From: Catajapyx aquilonaris
Lineage: Eukaryota
Assembly (NCBI GenBank): GCA_000934665.2
Contig: KZ538214.1
Span: forward strand, 1-64,000
Length of the DNA stretch: 64,000 bases
Reading direction: 5' to 3'
A model generated the notes under the pieces. That model was not told where the DNA came from and searched no databases. It saw nothing but the letters and a program-made list of their open reading frames with translations. Within the stretch, counting starts at the first letter, position 1. Each line of letters starts with the position of its first letter. Made by a program: the position numbers and the translations under genes. Positions 11,598 through 23,100 of this stretch are shown here, in pieces.

Positions 11598-11850
11598 AAT
11601 TAACTAAAATAATCGTGCTGCTCTGCAATGTACCGTGCCTGGCGGGGCCACAAACCAGCCATACAGATACACCAACACATATTTTTATTTATTCATTATT
11701 TATGCTCGCAATTAGCTAAAATCATAGTGCAATTCAACGTGCCGTGCCTGACGGTGCCACAAACCTGACATCATTGTTGCGGTCACTCCATAGCCATACG
11801 GATACCACCAACACGAGCGTAACACCTGTTAATTTTTATTTATTCATTTT
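11598..11850. repeat. Imperfect tandem duplication upstream of the DYRK gene
   Basis: CCGTGCCTG(G/A)CGG(G/T)GCCACAAACC..AGCCATAC(A/G)GATAC..ACCAACAC..TTTTTATTTATTCATT occurs at ~11630-11700 and ~11739-11848. Confidence 0.7.
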
Positions 11851-12059
11851 TTGCCCATTATTATTTCAAAATTAAATTACTTTACAGTCTTAAGAACAGT
11901 GTCGTTCTACTCGGGGAAATACTTATTATTGCGGGGAAGCTAACATTGTTTTTCCAACTAATCTATGGGTTCTGATAAGGTCCTCAAACACGTGCGTCTG
12001 TTTCATGAACAATCCTTCATTGATAAAATAAATTGCAGGGTCTCTGTACCAAAGTGCGA

Positions 12060-12821
12060 TTACGGTTGAGGAGCGTGGGTTAGGAATAGCGCTGACAGAT
12101 GTCGGTGTGGTGTTGTGAAAGGGGCGCGCAACCCAAGCTGGTTGTGTTGTGAAGGGAATAGAAAAAGAGGGTGGAAAAGGGGGAAGGGAGGGCCTTGGTT
12201 CGAAGCCCCCTCCTCCCCGCGCCCGCGTCAATCGCGGGCCCGTTTCGCCCCCCCCTCTTCTCTCTACCTCCTTGTCCACAATGGCTCGAACGTTGGCCGC
12301 GGACGGATCAGACACGCCGCGTCCGTACAGCAGCCGGTGTCCCCCACACATCATATACACACAGGAGAAGGAACCACTCTTGAGGACACGTTCAGGGGGG
12401 AAAAAAAAGTGTGAGGTGGGGTCAGTGACCTCAAGACAGGTCATGGGTCAAACAAAGGAATGCGTGGCAACGCAACAATGGTCGCCACCAATTTGGGAGG
12501 TGGCATTGTTGCTGTGAAGTTGGGCACTGGGATGTGTGGAGGAGCCATACCGCTGTTGTGAGTAGTGGGAAAGAAACAAAGAGCACAGTTTGGATACAAT
12601 TTGTGTGCGGTGCACTCTTTACTATTTTTGGAGGAAAAAAAAAGAAGGAAGGATCCTAAGTGGGAGGGTGTGATTTTTTAAAAAAGTGTGTGTGTGTGCG
12701 TTTTAGTGCTTATGAAATGGTGGTCGGATCGTGTGCCCCGGGGCGACTCGGGGTGCTGAGGGATGTGATGTGTGTGACAGTGACACAACTTTCTACCACT
12801 TAGTGGTCGGCCCATGGGGGG
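12060..12821 (+). promoter_or_regulatory. GC/CpG-rich promoter and 5' UTR region of the DYRK gene
   Basis: Abrupt rise in CpG and GC content (e.g. ccccgcgcccgcgtcaatcgcggg) just upstream of the ATG. TSS not determinable. Confidence 0.5.
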
Positions 12822-14159
12822 ATGTCTAGCGTGGTGGTGCTGAGTCACACGCTGGCCCCTGCCGCCACGTCCTCCTCTGCAGTCGCTGCAGCAGCCTCTG
12901 GGATCATCCACGTGGTCCCGGACATGCCCTTGTCCAGGACGCGCTCCCTGCTGGCCAACATCAACGGAGCGCCCACTTCCAACACCCCCAGCGAGGTGTA
13001 TCTGCCCCACCTTGGCGGGGGCGGCACCGGGCTGGGGGTTGGATCAGGAGGTGACCACCATCAGCAGCACAATCATCACCACCAGCAACACCACCACCAC
13101 AACCATCACCAACACCTCAACAACCACCTGCCCTCGCTCAAAAGCAGCCAGAGCGGGACCACCAGCAAGTCGGGGTCTTCCTCAGGGTCCTCCTCCGTGC
13201 AGGTGCAGCAGCTGTTTGGGGATGACTCTTCGGAGATCAATGGAAGTGGTATGGTTGGCGACGGGCAGCAGCACCAGACCCTGGTGCTGGTGAGGGCCTC
13301 CGACATTAGTGGTGCCAACTCTAGCCCTGTGCTCAATAACCACCATGGCGGGATGTCAAACGGTAGTTTGCACAAACCTCCGATGGCAGGAGGGCAGTCA
13401 GTCATTGCGGCTGCAATTTCATCGATTGCAGCCACCGCTGCAGCCGCAGCCTCATCCTCCTCGTCCACTGCGACTACTGCTGCATCCTCGGCGTCATCGT
13501 CGCCCAAACCCAAGGCGATGGTGGCGTCTCCAGAGCAAGTCATGAAGCTCTATATGAACAAGCTGACCCCATATGAGCAGCATGAAATCTTCAGTTATCC
13601 TCAAATTTACTTCATCGGGGTGAATGCCAAGAAGCGGCCTGGACTCTTGGGTACGGCTAATAACTGTGGATATGACGATGAACAGGGGTCGTACATCCAC
13701 ATCCCGCACGACCACATAGCGTACCGGTACGAGGTGCTCAAGGTGATTGGGAAGGGCAGCTTTGGACAGGTAGTGAAGGCTTATGACCACAAAAGCCACC
13801 AGCATGTCGCGCTCAAGATGGTGCGGAATGAGAAGCGCTTCCATCGTCAGGCTCAGGAGGAGATCCGGATTCTTGAACACCTCCGCAAGCAGGACAAGGA
13901 GAACACCATGAACATCATCCACATGCACGACAACTTCACATTCCGCAACCACATGTGCATCACATTCGAGCTGCTTTCCATCAACCTGTACGAGCTGATC
14001 AAGAAGAACAAGTTCCAGGGCTTCAGCCTCCAGCTGGTGCGGAAATTTGCCCACTCTTTGCTCCAGTGCCTGGACGCCCTCTACAAGAATAAGATCATCC
14101 ATTGTGACATGAAGCCTGAGAATGTGTTGCTCAAGCAGCAGGGACGCAGCGGAATCAAG
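12822..14159 (+). CDS. DYRK2: DYRK2 coding exon 1 (low-complexity N-terminus, NAPA, DH box, kinase N-half)
   Basis: ORF 12822.. up to GRSGIK, then GT donor at 14160. Confidence 0.93.
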
Positions 14160-17100
14160 GTAAAATGCTGCTTGCCCGCTCTTGCCCATACGTAACAATA
14201 CAGCGGCAGCTCTTGGTACCATGCTCTAGCCGGAGCCACTGATATGAGCAATAATTTTCTAGAAAACTGTACAATGCATAGATTGCCGCAACATAGGGCA
14301 TGGGTTCATTGCCAACAAGTAACCAACCAATGGTAATGTATACACATCATAAAGCAGTATGGTAATAATATGACTATAGCAGTGAATTTACTTTCCATCA
14401 AATTAAGTGTTTGACCAAATTATAATGAATTTCCACTAATTTTTGCTTTTGTGTACCATGAGCTGCCATGTATTGTGTGCTTGAACCTCCAACATATGCC
14501 AAGTGACTCAACAGGACCCCAAACCCCTCGATTTTTATCCGGATAAGTTCGATCAGTACAGCTCGATATGAACCAACCCTCCTTCAAAATCCTCATGGGA
14601 GAAGCTCGTGATTCATGTATACCCTCCCCTCCACCCTCTGAATCTCTTTGTTCATTTTCTATGGGCTCCATTACGATCCCTCACTTCCGATTACACAGAA
14701 CTCATTATTAGCGCGCTGCCACTAAAGTAATGATTGTTTCCATCCAAATATGTACGTACGTGCTAAGTTGTACTTGTACGGCGGGGGCATACCAGGAACT
14801 GATATGACTCGCAATGTTGTTGTGATGCGTGTGATGACGAGCTTTTGCTTCCTGTGTGGTAAACGGCCTCTGGACCCGCTGACTTGGCAACGTTCCCGGA
14901 GATTCCAAGCGTTACGTCAGGCCGTACGTTGCACCGGGGTTTACTGTACATGCTCCGAGGATCAGTACATTGCAGCAAAAAGAAGAATAATCGAGAAAAT
15001 AATATAGTGCACTGAATTTATGATCTCATGTTGGGGTGGGGGGTCGTACCATACCGAGGTATTGGTGACTCCGGGTTTGATATCAGTGATTCCAGGTATA
15101 GTTATGTGATAGCCGATGTCGGTTGAAATCAGGGTAAAGGTCGTGTGCGGAAAAGAAGGATGAATGTGAAAGGGTCACTGCGGAAATCGATAGTCTCGGC
15201 GGGTTAGTTTTCAGGCTTAAAAAGAGTAGTGGCGACTATATAGCCACTTTTCCTGAAGAAGAAAAGAAAAGGGGGTTATGCAAGCTGCTCTTATTACCCG
15301 CACGGTTATTGGAACACCCTGTGACGTTTGGCGAAATTACTTCATTGTTTTTCAGCTTGTGTTTTTTTTAATATGCGTGACATTTTTTAAAGGGTTGAGA
15401 TGCTGATGGCATAATCGATACGTCCTTTCTTGGACCTCTGATGTTCGTGCGGGAATAAAATATCAAGTGTGTCGCCAGGATTCGATTTGTAGCTACACCG
15501 GTACTGCATTGTAACTATAGGCGAGGAAGAAAAAAAAACCCTCCATGGTAATATCGAGCAGACAACAACAAAAAAAAAGGAATAATAAAAATATGCCATT
15601 CAAATGAAAGAGACCTTGAAAAGACAAAAAGTGTGCAGTGCAGATTTTTGCAGCCGTGCGAATATTGAACTCGAGCATCCAACCCGGCATTCCTCGCAAA
15701 GTGGCGGCCCGAGAAAAAGTTTTGCACTCCTGACCTTCATGCCTGGGAGGGTTTACCTGGGGTCAAGATTAGATTCATCAGGGGGTGTTAGTAGCCGCAT
15801 CAGGATGTGCATAATTCCTGCATATTAAAATGGCAGTTTCAGTCAGCCTCCCCCCAAAAAATTGCGAAAATTCGCTAAATAACTGCCGAATTTCTGGAAT
15901 TACATCTACAGATTTGTCAGCTTATGGCAGAAATTTATGTACCGTATTTTTGCGAATTTGTAGTTTTTCTGTATGTGGAAATGTGCCTTTAGTTGTTTTT
16001 TTTTGCATTATTTTTTGGGGAGTCTGGTTGAGGGGGGGGGGGGGGGGGCCCNGCAGGCTGTGACGTCATTCGCCTCCAGGACGGCTCCAGTGTTTATTTT
16101 GGGACTTTCATGATTCCAATTTTGGCCGATTTTTTTTTGCGGACTGCCAGTCACGCAATGTTGGTCCGATATGGGGGACACAATGTCACCTGCTGTGCCT
16201 TTACGTGACGTACCGCCCGCCCTTTTTTTATGTTGTTGCTATAGTCACCTTCTAATTGGTTCGTATCCAGAGGAAGGAAACTAGTTTTCTTGACAGACTG
16301 TTTGCTCAACTTGTGGTGCATACTCTTTCTTAGCTGGCGGGTCTTCGTGTCGCAGCAACACCCGTGGTCATGCTTTCGAAGTGGGAGATACCGACACGTA
16401 TTTTATTTTTATTATTTAAAAGGGGCGGGAAGTGTGTCACACGTGACACCTTTTTTTTTTTTTGGAGAAAGATGGGTGGGGCCCGGAATAAGCCGCTTGC
16501 CCCACAGGGTCAAATGTTTTACCTCTGCATTGGGACATCACAGGTTCGAATGTACAGCAACGGTAAAAATTTTATCGTTGCATTACTAGCTAATTTAGGT
16601 AACTAATGGCTGGAATAAATTGAGGGTACAATTGCGGTCGTTTTTCACTTTGCGGCAGGATAAAACTGCGGGGGTTATGGCAGACCCGGATTATGTTAAT
16701 GGCATGGGAATTTAATGCTGGGCTATATCTACAGCGTTTTCTGCGAGAGATCGGTGATTTTGTGAAGCTTCCAGGGAGGTCATAATATCCGTACCTTTTT
16801 CTCTCTCCCTTTCGAAAATGTGCAAAATGTTGGGGAAGGAATATATGAGAAGCCCAGCAGGCCTTCACCACCTGTCGTACTTGATGAAATGCAAATTTTC
16901 ATCCGTCGCCTTTGAAGCCCGGGGTCTGGTTAGGTACACTCGGTTATGCATTTTTGTTAAAAAAAAGAGAGAGAGAAAAGAGCGGCAAAATGCAGCAAAA
17001 ATTCTGGTCGCGTCGCCTGAGTTTTCGAAATGGAAGCAAGTGGGTTAATCCCACCGTCCCCCAAAACCGAAGCACTGCTTCGGGATCAATAAGCGCGAAA

Positions 17101-20100
17101 AAAAAGTGTAACGAGGGTTTTTTTTTTTTTGCCAATAGTTAACTGTGGTTAAAAGTTACTAAGTGATTCATCACGTGTCCAGTATACTACACAAACGGAA
17201 ATTTGGGGCCACCGGACGACAATTCCGTGTCCGGCAAAAAGCTCGGGGTCAGCTTAATGAGATTCAAACCTAGAAAACTGCAGTTTAAGTGGTCCGGGAA
17301 TTCCGGTCGCACCGTCGCCTTCTGAAAGGTGTTGACGCGTCGGCGTCGTATATCTCGAGGGGGGGGAAAAAAAGCCGGGTTGTTCTCACGCAACGCACAG
17401 GATGCATTATCGCCTCGTTTGGAGGAAAAGTTAGGGACAAGGCGTGCGCTTATTATTATATGCAAAGGTGGAGGGGGAAATCAATTTTTAACATTGACCA
17501 GGTAAAAGCGCATGTTTTTTTTTTCTTCCCCCACCCTTCTTCTTCCTTAGACGGCCGGCCTTGCACGATAATAATAAACCCAACTCAATTTTAAAACGGT
17601 CTCCACTTCCAAACCCCCCCCCCCGAGTTTCCTTGACCACTCTGGCACAGCAGACTTGACGTGAGAATGAAATGTGTTAAGCGGTTAATTAGAGGATTAA
17701 ACGCATGATAATGTAACAAGGTGAGACAAGTGGGTCAAGGTGAGGCTATATTTACTGTGGTTAACGGCTAGATAGCCGGCAGAATAAACAAAGAGACAGA
17801 CAATGGAGGCAGAGAAGGACATGGAAAAAAAAAAAAACTTTGTTCAATGTTAGTGGAGCAAGTGCAATTTTTTTAAAGGGGGGAAATGACGAAGTTTTTG
17901 TGCTAACCTGAGCAAAAATCGGCTTTGGCTGTGGCTTTGTTAATAATTCGGGTTTCGAAACCGTGTTAGTTACTCGACGATTGTGCGATGTGCGTTGTCG
18001 ATAAAGCGTGTCAGTTCAGAAACGAAGGCCAAATTCTTAGGCAGTGAAGCAAAATGAACAGTTTTTTTTTTTCCCCTCCGCCTGAATTATTACGCTTGTA
18101 AGGTCAGATTTTGAAGCGGTTCTCTTTCTTTAAAAAATTATCTGACGCAAATGCAATATCCTTGTTCAACCTCCAATAGTACTTGTGATTTATGGCAATA
18201 AGTGATCGGTTTTTTCCTTAGGGCGGAAGTGCCAATGTTGCCTGTCAACTTCACATGACTTCATACCTGGACCTGTAAAGAGTGACATCATTACAGCGTC
18301 AGTCACAGGCGATATCTGCCTATCAATTTCCGCGTTGTCGCCGAATAATGGCAAAAAAAAAAAACAAAGACGTGGCCAGAACCAGTTTCCGTCAACGTAA
18401 CGCCCCCGGACGTGGAAATAGTTTTTCGTGTAGTTTGGAAAAAGTAAAAGTAACGATTGATGTTTCGAGAAGCTTAGTTGAGAAAATTCCTTTGCCAGTA
18501 AATCTGGCAGAATTTTGACCTCTTTGGACTCCAGCGTGTCTAGCCATTCCAACTCTTGCCGGGGGTTTGGGTCATGAACTCTCCATGCAAGTAGGGAATA
18601 TATAAGTCGAGCCCAAAATAGTGTGCATGAAGCAAGCCAAGCCNCTCCCCCCCCCCCCCTCCTCCTCCTCTTTTTCCTGACAAAGCCCAGTCTGACTGCC
18701 GCCTGGTCACTGGTTTACGCTACCCCAGCTATCTCGGCCAGGTGGGCGCTCCATTGCCCTCGGGGAGTTGCTTGCCGGGTTGCCAAGTAGTGTACCCGGC
18801 CCAAAAAAATAATGTCATGCTACCTGCAACCTTCTAGCCAAGTGAAATTAGTGGTGACTAAATAACCAGGTTTTAGATCTTAATCAACACCCACACTTGA
18901 TAGAAACAATGATGTGTCTACATGAATCGCACCCGGAGCTTTGGTCTTATCTCCACCACATGCAAAAAAAGTCTGATGTTTTTATATCAAGATTGTGATA
19001 TTATTTTTTTTAACGACTCCATCAGGACCTTGCCATTTGCAGTGTCGAATTGCACCACACGTTGAAATTGATCACACGTGTTTGGTTTTTGAGAGCAAAT
19101 TCAGGTTATTTTCAATTGAAATCTGCTCACACACACACACAAAGGGGGCATATCTTTTTTGCACGGCAGTCGCAATCAATCGTACCCTTCACCCCAATTA
19201 CATCACCCACATTGGGGGGAATTCAAGGCGAAATCACTGGGTTTAATCCGCAAACGGGGTTTTACTTCTGGACGCCTGAACACTGTGTTCGAGCAATACT
19301 CTCCGCAAAACTGTCCCGCCAATGATTTGGGGGGGGGGGGGGGNGGGGGGTATTTTTTGTGTGTGTGATGTGTGTGGACGGGGCCAAATGGGAAGTTGCA
19401 AGATGGTCCCCATGACGTGTCTCGAAAAGGGCTTGGCAAACATATGGCCGTGTGTACACAGTAACGTGTCTGTTCCAGTGCCTGTCAGGGTCTGCGGAAA
19501 ATTAAAAAAAAAGGGGGCAAGAATGTGGAGATAGGTCATTAGCGAACCGTGTTATTATTATTTTTTTGAAACATTGATTTCGCCCTTGACATGGCATACC
19601 TGGTTTTTTTTTAAAAAAATGAAGTGCAGAATTCCTGGAATCGCTTCGAGGTGCATTATAGTTTGGCCGATATCGGTGTGACGTGACACACAAAATGAGC
19701 TTGATTCAGGTGTAATGAGTCGGGGCCTGACCTCTGTGCACGATCATGCGACGTGCTCATGTTTTTGACCCAGTGTGCGTAATCGCACAAACGTTGAACC
19801 GTAAATGCATCATTGATCGCCATCTCCGGCTTCCACCCCCCCCCCCNCCCAGTGTATTCAGGATGTGTAATGCGATTTCAACAAAACTAGTTGCTCGCCG
19901 TGTTTTGTTCCCCTTTTGTTGGGTGTCAGTCCACGGGCGATATTTTCCACCGATTATTCACACAAGGCACGGTATGAAATTGTGCATGTCATGGTAATAT
20001 TAGTCACCCGCATCGTTCATTGACATGTAAATATATTGTATTGTCACCCCACATGGCGCGTACACAGCAAGTACACTAGTTGGCGACAAAAGGCCGTGTT

Positions 20101-23100
20101 TACTGCCGGGGCGTGTGTTTCAGGGGCGTGTGTTGTATGGGCAGGTACTTGCTACCTATATCTAAACTGCCTATCGTAGGTATTTCTGGATTTTGTCGTC
20201 ACTATAGTGTGTGCACCTACGGGAGTCTCCCAAGGACGTGGGAAGCAAAAAAAAAAAAGGGTATCGAGTTCATCGTGCCCTGTGTATAGTGTGTTGGACT
20301 CGAACCAAAATAAATCTTTTCCCATCGGGTTAATTAGATGTTTACCTAATCAGCATGTTTTTTTTTTTCTTCCTCATTTTCACGGTCGGTACACTCTCTT
20401 GCCGAAAATGGGCATATCACGTTTCTCGCATTAAAGCCAGTGGGAGTCGACTGATGATGGTTCAATTTTCGCTATAGTTCGAGTATGGGGAGGACATTCC
20501 TACATACAGTTGGGAGGTTATATGATATAAATTCGGTGATTGATGACGCTAAAGTTGTCAAGTTGAAGTTATGCTCATTCGTTGGAGGGGACCCCTAGTT
20601 ATGCCGGCGGTATGCGTCAGGAGGCGGGATACGAAATTGGCCCTGGGAGTTAGCGTCAATTGTGTCGGTTATGCTATGCCCGGGCCTAACGGATGGTACT
20701 AATTTCGGGAGGGCGAGGAGCCAGAGTGAGAGAGAGATAGAAAAAAAAGAGTGCAATTTGGTGCAGCAAACCATACATGGGTGCGTGGGTACTGAGACAT
20801 TCTGCTGGGGGAAAAATAATTCAAATTGATGCACGTGGTGTAATTCGCAGCTGTTTTTTTTTTTTGCCACCTGCTGGACATGCACGTTTATTACGAGCTG
20901 GGTCTGTTCCAGTGCCTTGGGACGAATTTTATGAATAATCGATAGTGTGGTCCAGTGAACCGCTTACGTAGAACACTGCGACGTATTGTCGAAAATCAGC
21001 ACCAACAGTAGGTTAATCGAATGACCTAGTGTAATAATAGGGTACAGATGTTCTATATTTAAATGTTCAAACTATTAGATGCTGATAGCCTCCGTGCATC
21101 AGCCTGAAAGAGCTAAAGTCAGTGCGCTATAAATATGAATAGGATCTCATGAATAAATTCAAATTCATATACTTGCACTTCGGCCCTTGCTCTATTGGGT
21201 CATTCAGTTGTACTGTGTAGAGTTAATACACGTACTGAAGTTGATAGTGCTTGAAATCGGACGTGATTTATGATAACGCGCGATTGACAGCCGTGTGCGG
21301 AAAGAAATTAGTAACGAGGGCAATTTTTTTCAAGCTCACACATAGTTACGTGCTCTATTGCTAATTAATTTTTGCAATATTGCTTCCTGCTCTCCAAAGA
21401 ATATCGAATTCGCCGTATATTATGCAAAGCGCTCTCGTTGCATAATTACCGACTTCCTCTTGCCGCCCAGTTCAGTTTACCAACACAGAATTCGCATAAT
21501 AATGGCATAACACATTCGGTTAATTAGAAAGAACAATGCTGTTTTGCATTGCTTCCCTCCCTTCCCTTGTTCGGTATGTATACAACCGGACATTTTCCCA
21601 GCCGGAATCCGACATGTGAATATGAAAAATCGAAACGGATGCTGCGCGATAGTGTACGGTGCTTTTCCTCTGCTGGAAGTCATTCCACTCCCGCGCCATC
21701 CCAAAATATACGCAAATGGCACACCGTAATTAAACGATGTCGTAATAATAATAGCGCAACCCTTTGCCGGAATGCCGTCGCTTTTGAACTGGTTGACCCC
21801 CTCAACAGAAGTTCTTCATTCACGCACAAGATTGTCGCTCACGCACACACAGAGACAGACACACAAACACACGTCAAGGTCGCGCATGTATGATATGCAC
21901 AACCCACGCCTATGAGGTTGAACGACCCCTCGCATCTTCTGCCGCCTTTTTCTTTTCAACTTTTTTTTTTCTTCTTCTTCTTTCTCATGCACCATCGGTC
22001 CCAATTGGTGCATATACAGGGTGAGGCTCTGTATTCAAGGATGTAATGCACAGCTCCCCCGTATTAAATTCCTGGGATGTGGCTCACCCTGTAGCCTATA
22101 TTGAGCCCGAGCATGTGCAAGATTGAACGCCATCAATATTCCTCCGATCTATTTTTTTTTTTTTGTACATGTCCCGCCCCGCCATCTCTCCAGCCATTAT
22201 TGATTGAGCGCAGCCCCATATTTCCCAAGATTTCATTAGATCAACCGATGGTATTCAGGACTAGACTGGAGCAAATATTCATCTTGTTTGTCCGGGTTCG
22301 TTGAAAGATAATGGATTGAAGTGAAGGCCTCTCTCTCTCGGATAGTATGGAGTAAAAGGGGGAGGCCTCGGTTCTGGATCATCGAACTGAACCGTTAGTC
22401 TGTCGAAGCCACGAATGGAGAGCAAAAATTATGCACACTATTGTTGCAGTCTGGCCGTATATATACCGTTGTTCGGATCGTCAGGTGTGAAAATTCATCA
22501 AACTCGTATACCGCAACCCGGGGTTTTTTTTTATTCGGGTTGAACAAGAGCCCTCATGTATTGCAAACGCCCCTGCCTGGGTTTTCAGTGTGCGGGGCCT
22601 CCACCCCCCACTATACTATAGCAAATGGCTGGGGTTTCCATGGCCACGAAACGGTTGGGGAAATACGGCAGAGGGATTGATTCGTGTATATGTCCAACAT
22701 GGTGGGGGAGCGGATATATAGGCACTGGTCACGGATCCAAAGTTCCAGCAAAATGTCATTACATATGGAAAAACCTGGGGCCGTGTATTAATAAGGCACG
22801 AATCAATGTGTGGGGGAGCCATCAGGCGAGGAATCACATGTCGTGTCCCAGTACATACAGCCCTGTAAAATTTTTAGAAAGACAGATCGATTTCTAGTGT
22901 CATAACTTGAGCTTTTCGGAGCCAGCTTTTTTTTTAAAAAAAGAACTGTACCCTCCCACGGTGCACAAATCTTCGCTGACTTTTTTTTTTTCTTCTCACA
23001 AGCATCCGGACAAAATGTCATGTGAGTGGGCAGCGGATGCGGCTGATTCACTGTCCCAAATGTCGTCTTGGGGCCATTTTCTCGGCGCGGTTCCGTAAAT

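Noticed and set aside
13494..14222. 242-aa minus-strand ORF (also 24688-25485 minus)
   Set aside because: Antisense shadows of GC3-rich DYRK2 exons.
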